Assembly (NCBI GenBank): GCA_038874595.1
Contig: JAVZCB010000005.1
Location: 17,594 to 81,593 of the forward strand
Direction of reading: 5' to 3'
DNA length: 64,000 nucleotides
DNA from: Candidatus Micrarchaeia archaeon
GTDB taxonomy: Archaea > Micrarchaeota > Micrarchaeia > CAILAH01
Shown here: positions 1 through 9,240 of the stretch, in pieces
Position numbering within the stretch: the stretch's first letter is position 1
Layout of the letters: every line of letters begins with the position of its first letter
Position numbers and translations under genes: made by a program
Notes under the pieces: generated by a model
What the model saw: only the letters and a program-made list of their open reading frames with translations
The model's database searches: none
Told to the model about the DNA's origin: nothing

Positions 1-47
1 ACCTTCCCTTACATAATGGAAAAGCACCCAGCTGGCTTTTTGAGAAA

Positions 48-1085
48 ATGATTAAATTATCAGGGCTGATTGCGGAGCATATCATAGATGAATATGGAAG
101 CAAGGAATTTTTAAGGAGGATTTCTGACCCTTTTTTCTTCCAGGCGCTTGGCTGTGTGGTTGGGTTTGACTGGCATTCAAGCGGGCTTACAACCACAACG
201 TGCGGTGCACTAAAAGAGTATACAAAAGAAAAAGATATAGGAATCCACGTTGCTGGCGGGAAAGGAAAAGCTTCAAGAAAAACGCTTGATGAGATTGAAA
301 AGAGCGGAGCGGAAAATACTGAAAGATTAAAATATGCAAGCAGGATCATTGCAAAGATTGACAATTCGGCTGTACAGGATGGTTACCAGTTATACCACCA
401 TTGCATATTTTTTGATGATAATGGGGAGTATGCTGTGGTGCAGCAGGGACTGAAAGAGGACTCTGGCTATGCGCGCCGGTATCACTGGATTTCAGAGAAA
501 ATAAAGGATTTTGTAAATGAGCCGCACAGCGGTATTGCCGGGAACTTTGAGTGCGGTGTCCTTGATATGACCTCTAAGAACAATGAGAATGTAAGAAACA
601 CGTCAGTAGACCTGATTAATGATAACCCCATCCACCTGTACAAATATTTTGATAGGCAAAAAACACTCCTGGAATTCTGCAAGGAAGAAGAGGGTGATAC
701 CCTGAACATGAGAAAGGGGCATTGGATAAAGGGGTTTGACCTTACTGAAAAAGATAAACAGATATTAAGAAGGGCTTATGAATTGCAGCCGTCAAATTAT
801 GAGGAATTGATTATGATTGAAGGGATAGGGCCCAAAAAAATCAGGGCGCTGGCCCTAGTATCCGATCTTGTTTATGGGGCAAAAATAACGTGGAGGGACC
901 CTGTTAAATACTCGTTTGCGCATGGCGGTAAGGATGGGACACCGTTTCCGGTGGATAAAAAAACGTACAATACTACAATAAGCCTGCTGGAAAATGCACT
1001 CTATGGGGGAGGAGTTGAAAAATTAAAAACGAGGGAATGCATAAGAAAACTGCAGAATATTATTATTCCTAACCAACCCTGCTAA
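48..1085 (+). CDS. Conserved hypothetical protein with a helix-hairpin-helix-like motif; possibly DUF763-like
   Basis: 345-aa ORF; HhH-like segment IEGIGPKKIRALALVSDLVYG; family assignment is from memory and unverified. Confidence 0.45.
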   Translation: MIKLSGLIAEHIIDEYGSKEFLRRISDPFFFQALGCVVGFDWHSSGLTTTTCGALKEYTKEKDIGIHVAGGKGKASRKTLDEIEKSGAENTERLKYASRIIAKIDNSAVQDGYQLYHHCIFFDDNGEYAVVQQGLKEDSGYARRYHWISEKIKDFVNEPHSGIAGNFECGVLDMTSKNNENVRNTSVDLINDNPIHLYKYFDRQKTLLEFCKEEEGDTLNMRKGHWIKGFDLTEKDKQILRRAYELQPSNYEELIMIEGIGPKKIRALALVSDLVYGAKITWRDPVKYSFAHGGKDGTPFPVDKKTYNTTISLLENALYGGGVEKLKTRECIRKLQNIIIPNQPC

Positions 1086-1380
1086 TGAAAATAACAAGCT
1101 CCAGCATCTCATTTCTCTCCAGTCCTGTAAGAGTAATCCGGTTTTCATTTTGAATCACGTTGAACCCTTTTAATGAAAGCCCTATTATTAATGCAATTGT
1201 TGAATCCACTCTCTCTTCCAAATCCTTCTCTGATGCCTCTTTTAGGAAATTATGTATTTTTACATACTCCTTATAAAACACACTCCTGTTTGGGTCTATC
1301 TCTTTCCACTTACCGAACAGCATCCTCCTTTTTGCATTAATTGAAAAATGTGTTACTTTACAGCCGCGTAAATCAAGCAT
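1069..1380 (-). CDS. Hypothetical small protein (103 aa)
   Basis: ORF only; overlaps the 3' end of the preceding gene by 17 nt; no recognisable motif. Confidence 0.25.
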   Translation of the reverse strand: MLDLRGCKVTHFSINAKRRMLFGKWKEIDPNRSVFYKEYVKIHNFLKEASEKDLEERVDSTIALIIGLSLKGFNVIQNENRITLTGLERNEMLELVIFISRVG

Positions 1381-1442
1381 TGCACCACTGCTAAATTATG
1401 CCAGGGTTATGATTTTAAGCATTACCAAAATTATGTTATCTG

Positions 1443-2504
1443 ATGTATAAAATCAAGGAAAACCCGGAAGATTTTGTGGTTGATGAAATACTAAGCGATG
1501 GCACGTTTGTTTCTGAAAGCTATAAAAAAGATGGAGAAGGTAACGGTGCGTTTGTATGGGTCGGGGTAAAGAAGGTAAACTGGAACACAATTGACCTGGC
1601 AAGGGAGATTGCAAAAAGAATGGGTGTAAGCGAGAAAAGGGTAAACTATGGAGGGATAAAGGATAGGGTGGCTGTTGCATACCAGGTATTTTCAATAAAT
1701 ACACGGGAAAATTGCGAAGCAGCTAAGGAAACCATAAACCGCATAAAAGATGTTAAGGTTATTGGATGCTGGAGAAGCAACAGGTGGATTAAGAATGAGG
1801 ATTTTGTGGGGAACAGGTTTGAGATAACACTAAGGGAATGCGATACCGATTTTGGCAAAATAAAGAGAATTGATAAGTTCCCAAACTATTTTGGCGAGCA
1901 GAGGTTTGGCAGCATACGCCAAAACTCGCACGTTGTAGGGTTATACCTGCTCAAAGGAGATTATGATAGTGCGCTTAAAGAATACTTCTCTGGTGAGTTG
2001 GATATGAAAGAGAAGGAGATGTATGAGAAATCAAAAAGATATGGGGCAGAAAAATTCATCAAGACTTATTGGAGAGTTTTTAACCTGTGCCTGAGCGCGT
2101 TCCAGTCGCGTTTGTTTAACGAGGAAGTTGAGATGAGAATCCGTGACGGCAGGACAGGCGTGCTTAAAGGTGAGTACGCCTGCGGCAGGAACAAATTAGG
2201 GTTTGCGGATGTAGGTGTAGAGGGAAATGAATTTACTGTTGTGCAACTCGTTGGTGGTAAATGTATCGTAAATGAATACAAAAGCTCGCTGCTTCAAAAG
2301 TACAAGCTGGAAACTGAGGATTTCGAAAAAGCCGGCCTCAAGGGCGGGTGGAGAACGCTGTATGCGCCTATACTGTGGGAAGGAATAGAAAACATTTGTG
2401 AGGAGAAAAAAGGCAATACGGTTCGCTTAAAGTTTATGCTGCAAAAGGGGTCATATGCCACTGTTGCAATCAGATCGGTTATGGGGGATGAAATTTCCAT
2501 TTAA
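1443..2504 (+). CDS. truD: tRNA pseudouridine synthase, TruD/Pus7 family
   Basis: N-terminal PEDFVVDEI and GIKDRVAVAYQ motif (catalytic Asp context) typical of TruD. Confidence 0.75.
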   Translation: MYKIKENPEDFVVDEILSDGTFVSESYKKDGEGNGAFVWVGVKKVNWNTIDLAREIAKRMGVSEKRVNYGGIKDRVAVAYQVFSINTRENCEAAKETINRIKDVKVIGCWRSNRWIKNEDFVGNRFEITLRECDTDFGKIKRIDKFPNYFGEQRFGSIRQNSHVVGLYLLKGDYDSALKEYFSGELDMKEKEMYEKSKRYGAEKFIKTYWRVFNLCLSAFQSRLFNEEVEMRIRDGRTGVLKGEYACGRNKLGFADVGVEGNEFTVVQLVGGKCIVNEYKSSLLQKYKLETEDFEKAGLKGGWRTLYAPILWEGIENICEEKKGNTVRLKFMLQKGSYATVAIRSVMGDEISI

Positions 2505-2545
2505 AAATATTTATCCCCTTACTTCTGCTAATAAGAGGTGTTGTT

Positions 2546-2926
2546 ATGCCGAAAAAAACTCAAAAGGGAAAGGATACTGAAACTGCAAATGAAAAGGACA
2601 GCTACATACTGGGTGCGCTTGCATACCTGCTTGGGTTCCTGGCCATACTGCTGTATTTCATAAAGAAAGAGGACAGGTTTGTCAGGTTCCACTCAGTACA
2701 ATCCTTGGTGTTCTGTGTTGTGTGGTTTGTGGTGTTTGTGGTCCTGAGCATAATACTTACAGTTGTGTCAGTGGTTACTGCAGGTGTGGGCTCAATCCTC
2801 TCGCTGTGCATGTTCCCGCTTGTTCTTGTCGTGGTTGCTGTGGCGTTATACGCGGCTTGGAAAGCGTTCCAGGGTGAGATGTGGCACATGCCTGTCATTG
2901 GGGACTTTGCTGAGAAATATGCATAA
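2546..2926 (+). CDS. Small integral membrane protein
   Basis: 126 aa with several predicted TM helices and a charged N-terminus. Confidence 0.5.
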   Translation: MPKKTQKGKDTETANEKDSYILGALAYLLGFLAILLYFIKKEDRFVRFHSVQSLVFCVVWFVVFVVLSIILTVVSVVTAGVGSILSLCMFPLVLVVVAVALYAAWKAFQGEMWHMPVIGDFAEKYA

Positions 2927-2944
2927 TTTCTTTCTTTTTAATAC

Positions 2945-3322
2945 CTATTTTTTCTTTGTAAAATCATAACCGCATTCAGTACAGAATTTTGCCGCTGGGT
3001 CATTTGACATATGGCATTCAGGACATACCCTAAACCGCGGTACTGCCTCCCCGCCAGCAGTTGCACTTGCCTTTACAGATATCTCCTCTTTATCCCGGTC
3101 AAAAGCAGCCCAGTATATTATTTGGGCAAGGCCGAGCACGCTTATCATTATTATAACATTAGTTGCAAGCGACATCAGCCCACCGCATGAGAAAGGGCCA
3201 GTATCCTCACAGTTTGGGTCTAACTGCCCAACAAGCGCTGGGATATACATATAGAATAATATAAAAAGTGCCACTCCTAGGAAGAGATTCAAAAGACCAT
3301 AAAACAGCATCTGCCGGCCCAT
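2945..3322 (-). CDS. Membrane protein with C-terminal zinc-ribbon
   Basis: TM helices followed by CPEC...CTEC zinc-ribbon and a lysine tail. Confidence 0.5.
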   Translation of the reverse strand: MGRQMLFYGLLNLFLGVALFILFYMYIPALVGQLDPNCEDTGPFSCGGLMSLATNVIIMISVLGLAQIIYWAAFDRDKEEISVKASATAGGEAVPRFRVCPECHMSNDPAAKFCTECGYDFTKKK

Positions 3323-3436
3323 AAGCTAAAATATGCGCAAATAAATAAAAGCATAAAATATAGAGAAGAGATAACACCAAATCCAATGACAACCAAAACT
3401 AAAAGAGCAAATCAAAAAACAAAAAATATAGTTTGC

Positions 3437-3877
3437 TTATTTCTTTGCAGTCAAGAGGTATATCGCACCGCCTATAAACCCAAGTATGAGGTTAGTTATA
3501 AGCGAAATGAAGAACATCATCGCAACACCAATTATGCCTCCTGCTGCTGTAATACCTATTCCCATAACATCCTGTTGTGTGCCTATAGCCGTGCCAATGT
3601 TAAACAATGCAAGAAGCATCAACACGACAGTGCCGACGATTGCTGCCGTAAATGCATAAACTGCATTCTGCACTGCCAAGCCGCCCCAGTCACCGGCACG
3701 AATCTTACCTATGCTGCCAACTAGGTACCCACCAATTATAACCAGTAGTGGTGCAAGGAAGCAGTTACATACTGTAACCATTACCCCCAGGAAAGGAATC
3801 AGGCTAAGAATGCCAGGTATAACGCCCACCAATATCCCGAGCGCAACCCCTAATATTATTGAAGTGATAAAACCCAT
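3437..3877 (-). CDS. Glycine-rich integral membrane protein
   Basis: 146 aa, highly hydrophobic, G-rich TM helices. Confidence 0.45.
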   Translation of the reverse strand: MGFITSIILGVALGILVGVIPGILSLIPFLGVMVTVCNCFLAPLLVIIGGYLVGSIGKIRAGDWGGLAVQNAVYAFTAAIVGTVVLMLLALFNIGTAIGTQQDVMGIGITAAGGIIGVAMMFFISLITNLILGFIGGAIYLLTAKK

Positions 3878-3912
3878 ATCTACACCTCTTAAAGTATTTG
3901 GGGCGCATCTTT

Positions 3913-4623
3913 TTAATCATTCCTGCAACAATCCCAAAAGGCATTTACAAAAATGAACATGCAATAAGATAGAAACACAAATGCAATAGGGGATACAAAC
4001 ACGAGCCCTATAGCTGATAACAGTGCCGTAACGGAAGATAACACAAGAAGGAGCACAATTATATAGAACATACCTTTAATTGCATTTCTACTTATGAAAC
4101 GGAATGCGTTCTTGAGTGCATTTAGTGGTGTTGCTCCGGCCTTAACCATATACACCGGGGAGAATAGCATTACCACAAAAATAAACATCGCCACTGTTGA
4201 GGCTGCAATAGCAACCACTCCCGGTCCTGAACCTGCTGATTGTCCCGCTGCACTGTATGAAAACAGGAAATAAACAACAAGAAAGAAAAATGCAAGCACA
4301 AGTGAATCGTAGATAACTCTATAAAAATCCCTCACTTGCACATTAAGCAGCTCATGGTAAAATAATATGATAAGGATTGATATTGGCAGAAAAACTGAGT
4401 ATGAGAACGCGCTGAAATCCGGAAATAGCACCAGTGCACCTGCATATAAAAACGCAACGATAAGGGTAAGCACGGTATATTTTAGCAAAAGCACTGTGTT
4501 TGGTGCAATCCCATCATACCCTTTCTTGAAAGAGATGAAAACCTTTTCTGTGCCTTCAGAAAATTCAGATTTCACTTTTGTAAAAAACCCTTCCTTATTG
4601 CCCTTGCCTGCCATCCATATCAC
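3913..4623 (-). CDS. Integral membrane protein
   Basis: 236 aa with multiple TM helices; start overlaps the stop of the upstream Mre11-like gene by 4 nt. Confidence 0.5.
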   Translation of the reverse strand: MIWMAGKGNKEGFFTKVKSEFSEGTEKVFISFKKGYDGIAPNTVLLLKYTVLTLIVAFLYAGALVLFPDFSAFSYSVFLPISILIILFYHELLNVQVRDFYRVIYDSLVLAFFFLVVYFLFSYSAAGQSAGSGPGVVAIAASTVAMFIFVVMLFSPVYMVKAGATPLNALKNAFRFISRNAIKGMFYIIVLLLVLSSVTALLSAIGLVFVSPIAFVFLSYCMFIFVNAFWDCCRND

Positions 4624-5780
4624 TTTGCGTTATTATTAGCAGATGCATTAATAAAATACTGCATAAGTGACCTGTCATCTGCTTCGCACATCATTTCAAA
4701 TGCCTCCTCAATATTGCTAATTGCAATACCGCGCCGTGCCGCTGCCTCTTTCAATATGGTGATTCCCCGCTCGCGTATGGAGGTATTTGACGCAGTAATC
4801 TGTTGAATATCTCCGAAATGCATTTCCACAGGTTCAGATTCTCTGGATATGTTTACAAAAAGATGACACTTATCAGAGTATTGGTCGCGCAATGCACTTA
4901 TCTCAGGTTGCACAAAAGATGCTATGCTCCCTGTTATGTCAATGCGGACGATTGGATGGCTTGTTAGGTCAAGCTGGGCAAGCTTCTCTGCAATTGCCTG
5001 TTTTAATGAAATTCCCTCTTTTGCTTCCACTGTAAGATAAATGAAAGGGCGGGTCTGGATTGTTATGTATGTATATCTGCGGGTATTCGTATCATATATG
5101 TAAAAGCCTTTTTCCCTTTCTTCACGGCGAACCTGTGTCAGCACCGTGCTTCCTGGGATTAAAAGCAGCTTCCCCGCCTTCTCAAGTGAGTAATTCTTAT
5201 GTAAATGGCCATCAACGTAAAGCTCAAACCCTGGAGGCAGGTCATCCATCGTAAGGCCACTCTCGACCTGTGGCATCAGCTCCTTGAGATTTTGGTGGAA
5301 CATGAATATGTTGAATGCGCCTTCAACTGGCTTAGGCGCAAGGCGCTCCAGTGCAGCCTTTGCATATTCCTCGGGGACGCCCGCCATACCATACACTGCA
5401 ACCTTTTCACCATCCTTCTCAAAAATAACGTGACGCCCGTGGCAGCTTTCTGCAAGCCCTGCTTTTGTAAGTATGTCAACAGGGTTTGCAAACCCGTGCG
5501 GCCTGCGCTCGTGCGTCCCGTGTATCACGATTGCTTTCTTGTGCAGTTTCCTGAATACTTCGATTGCGCGGGCGATTACCTCCTGCTTTGGCGTGCGCGA
5601 GTCAAACAGGTCTCCTGCAACAATGAGCAGGTCTGCCTCATCCTGCGCCTTAAGCAATGCCTGCTCAGCCTGGATAAAGCTATCATCATAGAAACGGTCA
5701 TAGCCAAAATGGAAATCCCCTAAAATTGCAACCTTCACGTAATGATTAGGGAAATTGCATATAAAACGATTGCTGTACAA
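4620..5780 (-). CDS. mre11: Mre11/SbcD-family metallophosphoesterase (putative DNA repair nuclease)
   Basis: Phosphoesterase motifs GDFHFG, AGDLFD, HGTHE, GHLH in Mre11 order; no rad50 adjacent. Confidence 0.6.
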   Translation of the reverse strand: MYSNRFICNFPNHYVKVAILGDFHFGYDRFYDDSFIQAEQALLKAQDEADLLIVAGDLFDSRTPKQEVIARAIEVFRKLHKKAIVIHGTHERRPHGFANPVDILTKAGLAESCHGRHVIFEKDGEKVAVYGMAGVPEEYAKAALERLAPKPVEGAFNIFMFHQNLKELMPQVESGLTMDDLPPGFELYVDGHLHKNYSLEKAGKLLLIPGSTVLTQVRREEREKGFYIYDTNTRRYTYITIQTRPFIYLTVEAKEGISLKQAIAEKLAQLDLTSHPIVRIDITGSIASFVQPEISALRDQYSDKCHLFVNISRESEPVEMHFGDIQQITASNTSIRERGITILKEAAARRGIAISNIEEAFEMMCEADDRSLMQYFINASANNNAK

Positions 5781-5835
5781 CTGCCAGCGTTTTGCTTAAA
5801 AATATTCCGTGCAAAGTTAGTTTGAGTGGAGCATT

Positions 5836-6078
5836 ATGTCAAAACAGGAGCATATGAATTACCTAATGGGAATTGGCATCTCCGATGTAGATGCTGATAC
5901 TGTATATGACTGCATTGCCACACGTGAGGTGTGCACGTGGACAAGTGTAGATGCTGTGCCTGATGATACAGAGCAGAAGGTAAATGAATACCTCAAGCCG
6001 TATGGCCTGGAAGTAAAGATTATCCCTGTGGGTGTAAGCGGCAGGTATATTTGGGAAGTCAAGAAAACACGGGCTTAA
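5836..6078 (+). CDS. Hypothetical protein (80 aa)
   Basis: ORF with ATG start in an intergenic-sized gap; no recognisable motif. Confidence 0.35.
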   Translation: MSKQEHMNYLMGIGISDVDADTVYDCIATREVCTWTSVDAVPDDTEQKVNEYLKPYGLEVKIIPVGVSGRYIWEVKKTRA

Positions 6079-6135
6079 CAACCAAAACGGGTATTAACTG
6101 AGTTAAATGCGGTTTTTAATTTAACGCGGCTATTT

Positions 6136-6681
6136 ATGGGTATGTACGTTTACGAGCCATCAGATGACTCATACCTCCTTGCAGAGGCGCTAAAAGGAAT
6201 TAGGTGCAGGAGATTCCTGGATATGGGATGCGGCACTGGATTGCAGGCCATGTCTATAGGGAGTGCGGATGAGATTGTGTGCGCAGATATAAACAAGGAT
6301 GCTGTTGATTACGCAAGGGAAAATGTAAAAAGAAAGGATATCACAAAGATTGAGTTTGTAGTGAGTGATTTGTTTGAGAATATCGTAGGAAGGTTTGATG
6401 TTATTGCATTCAACACACCTTATCTTGATGAGGGTGAGCCGCGCGATTTTGCGTGGACACATATGCAGAACGGAAAGGATGTGATAGAGAGATTCATCAC
6501 TGAGAGCAAAGAACATCTTGAAAAGGACGGGCAGGTTTTTATAGTCATTTCAGATAGGGACTATGACCATTACAAAAAAATTGCTGAAGAAAACGGCTAT
6601 GCCTGGGAGAAGATACGTGAGAAAGCCCTTTTCTTTGAAAAGATATTTGTAATACGCCTGAGTATAAAACAGCAGTGGTGA
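6136..6681 (+). CDS. HemK/Mtq2-like SAM-dependent methyltransferase
   Basis: SAM-binding LDMGCGTG and NTPY (NPPY-like) motif. Confidence 0.6.
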   Translation: MGMYVYEPSDDSYLLAEALKGIRCRRFLDMGCGTGLQAMSIGSADEIVCADINKDAVDYARENVKRKDITKIEFVVSDLFENIVGRFDVIAFNTPYLDEGEPRDFAWTHMQNGKDVIERFITESKEHLEKDGQVFIVISDRDYDHYKKIAEENGYAWEKIREKALFFEKIFVIRLSIKQQW

Positions 6682-6685
6682 TATT

Positions 6686-7387
6686 ATGCGCATTGTGCTT
6701 GTTGAGCCCCTCTATGACATAAACGTTGGGAAGATATGCAGGGCAATGAAGAATTTTGGGTTCAAAGAGCTTTATATAGTAAACCCGCAGGCGCGGCTCG
6801 GGCATGAGGCTGAGAAGTATGCAAAGCACGCTTCAGATATCCTACGGAATGCAAGGGTAATGAGCACATTTGAGAACGCCGTTAAGGGATGCTACCCCGT
6901 GATAGGGACTACTGCTTCATTTGAGAAGGGAAGCCGAGAGCTTGTACGGCTTGAACCGCTCGGAAGCATTGCTATGATGGGCGGGCTGAAGCATGCAGCA
7001 ATCGTGTTCGGAAGAGAGGATATCGGGCTCAGCAGGGAACTCCTGCTAAAGTGTGACCTGGCGGTTTATATTGAGACAAGCGCAAACTACGAATCGCTCA
7101 ATTTATCAAATGCTGTGGCAATAGTGCTTTACATGCTTCGGCAGGATAAAAGAGTGATGGATGCGCCATTACTCCCAGACAGGAAAGTAATGAGAAAATT
7201 GATTGAATACGCTGGCTTGCTTGTTGACAGTGTTGAGGGGGAGTTAAAAAATGGGGAAAAGTGCAAACGCGCTTTAAAGAACATATTCGTGCGCAGCAAG
7301 CCCTCAGATGAGGAGGTCAGGTCTGTGATTTGCGTGCTTAGACGTATACTTAAGAAAGCCCGAAATAAAAAAACAGATACGTGCTAA
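6686..7387 (+). CDS. SpoU/TrmH-family RNA 2'-O-methyltransferase (TrmJ-like)
   Basis: N-terminus MRIVLVEP...NVGKICRAMKNFGF typical of SpoU-class methyltransferases. Confidence 0.65.
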   Translation: MRIVLVEPLYDINVGKICRAMKNFGFKELYIVNPQARLGHEAEKYAKHASDILRNARVMSTFENAVKGCYPVIGTTASFEKGSRELVRLEPLGSIAMMGGLKHAAIVFGREDIGLSRELLLKCDLAVYIETSANYESLNLSNAVAIVLYMLRQDKRVMDAPLLPDRKVMRKLIEYAGLLVDSVEGELKNGEKCKRALKNIFVRSKPSDEEVRSVICVLRRILKKARNKKTDTC

Positions 7388-7418
7388 GCCCGATGAAATA
7401 AGAATTAAAATGGCAATA

Positions 7419-8612
7419 TTATTCTTTATTCTCATCATCAACGTGGTAAAACTTCCTTTGTGGAAGTGCGCGCATGCAAGCCCTGAACTGCTCAAGCAGC
7501 TCTTCATCTACAATTTCTTTTTCCTTCCCGTCAATTATTGCCTGTTTCTTTGCAATGTATTCCTCTGAAGGGTATGGGGAGCTATACCATAAGCGGGCGT
7601 AATGTGCCGTATCCTCTGGCATCTTTGACGGGACTGAATTAAGCGCACCGAGCTCCGCGCCTGCAATGTCGTTTGGAAGTGCATTCTTGCGCGGGTAGAT
7701 GTGCACGTGCATCCTGTAATACTTGCTTGGGTGCACCGAGCTGTTCCTCAACTCACAGATAGGGGCATTATGAAATACCATATTGAAATTCATTACATAC
7801 CTGTAAAAATAAAGGAATGGGAATATGCCCCACGCAGGCTGTATTACAGAAATGCGGTCGTCCCGTACCTCAAGCTCAACAACAGATGATACTGGCTTCT
7901 TTGATATTATGATTATCTCGTCCGAGAATCTTGGAGCAAAAGGTGCACCTATATACACATCACTGTTTGAGAAAATCTTTCTTGAGCCATCCTGCTCTTC
8001 GTGTGCAACATACTGGTCATAAAGGTTGTTTCCTGTCAAAAAATAGTATTTCCTCGCAAGCTCAATCTCGTGCTTTATTTGTGAATATGGATGAATATAA
8101 TCGAGTATTGTAAACTGCGAATGTGGGTGCTGGCGGGATGCGCCGGCAAACGGCCCCCAATTTGTGAAAAACAAGTATGATTCAGCGCCCACACTGTATG
8201 CATAGTTTGCAAGGTCCCACATTGCCTCCATCATTGAGGTAAGGTCTTTTTGCTCGAGCTCTGATGGAAAAAGCCGATGCAATACTGGAGAGTCATCGTG
8301 ATTCTTCCTGAAAGGAGGATAGATTGTGACGAACTGGCCTATGCTCCAAGGGAAATAGTTTGGCACGCTTACCGCACCACCCTCGTGGTGCTTTCTTGGC
8401 TCTGGTGTATTGAGGTATGGATTGCAGAAATCGCAATTCTTCTCATACTGCACAAGCGTGCGCAAGGTATACATCCTTCGTTTTGCACGCTCTTCTGAAA
8501 TATACGCTGCAAAATCTGTTAAGGGGTCTATACGAAGAAACACCTTGGCAATCTTTTCGGCGCCGTTAAGATAGAGCTTCTGCTCGAGCACGCGCTCCTT
8601 AAGCTCCATCAT
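7419..8612 (-). CDS. GalT-like HIT-superfamily nucleotidyltransferase
   Basis: CDFCNP zinc-knuckle-like motif and HPHSQ (GalT HPHGQ-like) active-site motif. Confidence 0.5.
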   Translation of the reverse strand: MMELKERVLEQKLYLNGAEKIAKVFLRIDPLTDFAAYISEERAKRRMYTLRTLVQYEKNCDFCNPYLNTPEPRKHHEGGAVSVPNYFPWSIGQFVTIYPPFRKNHDDSPVLHRLFPSELEQKDLTSMMEAMWDLANYAYSVGAESYLFFTNWGPFAGASRQHPHSQFTILDYIHPYSQIKHEIELARKYYFLTGNNLYDQYVAHEEQDGSRKIFSNSDVYIGAPFAPRFSDEIIIISKKPVSSVVELEVRDDRISVIQPAWGIFPFLYFYRYVMNFNMVFHNAPICELRNSSVHPSKYYRMHVHIYPRKNALPNDIAGAELGALNSVPSKMPEDTAHYARLWYSSPYPSEEYIAKKQAIIDGKEKEIVDEELLEQFRACMRALPQRKFYHVDDENKE

Positions 8613-8645
8613 ATCCCCACGTAAATTAAAATAAGAAAATAAGGA

Positions 8646-9011
8646 TTATCTCCTTCTCTTAACAATCTTCATCTTTGAAGGAGTAAGAAGTATCTTCTCG
8701 TTGTCAATCCTTGCAATATCACCACGGATTTCCTTTGCATACTCCTTAAGCTTATCGATAACTGCTGTGAGCACCTTTTCATTCTTGAGCATTGGCGTGA
8801 TGTTCAAGAGAATGACATTCCCGTTGTTCAGCTCGGTCTTTATTTCTGCAAGCACAGCGGTATTCTCAAGCGCAACCGGCTTAACGTATGCGACCGCTTC
8901 TTCCTCCTCGGTAGCAAGGTTCTCAAGGTCTTCAGAATCAAGATATTCCTGTAGATTCATGTCCTTTCCGCCCAGTCCGAGTGCGTCAGTAAACTTCTGC
9001 AGTATACCCAT
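8646..9011 (-). CDS. SepF-like (DUF552) putative cell division protein
   Basis: About 120 aa with acidic linker and C-terminal alpha/beta domain; track start at 9026 is TTG, the first ATG is at 9011. Confidence 0.45.
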   Translation of the reverse strand: MGILQKFTDALGLGGKDMNLQEYLDSEDLENLATEEEEAVAYVKPVALENTAVLAEIKTELNNGNVILLNITPMLKNEKVLTAVIDKLKEYAKEIRGDIARIDNEKILLTPSKMKIVKRRR

Positions 9012-9026
9012 TGTACCACCTGTCAA

Positions 9027-9240
9027 CTATTTCTACAATAAATATTATAAATATGAATTAAACCTCACTTCATAAAAATAAATGAACCTGATTGCATGCA
9101 ATACGCGTGCTTGTTTTTTATGATGGGAGATTCTATATAAGCCTAGTTGTAGTTCTACTATTTTATGAATGAGAAAGAAATAGTGGAATTAAGTATTTAA
9201 AATATCGTGCGCTTAATCTGCTGCTTGTTTTGAGTGTGGT
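9027..9240. other. Candidate replication origin (oriC) region upstream of orc1/cdc6
   Basis: AT-rich 214-bp divergent intergenic region; perfect palindrome ATTGCATGCAAT; one AGTGGAA mini-ORB-like core near 9181. Confidence 0.35.
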
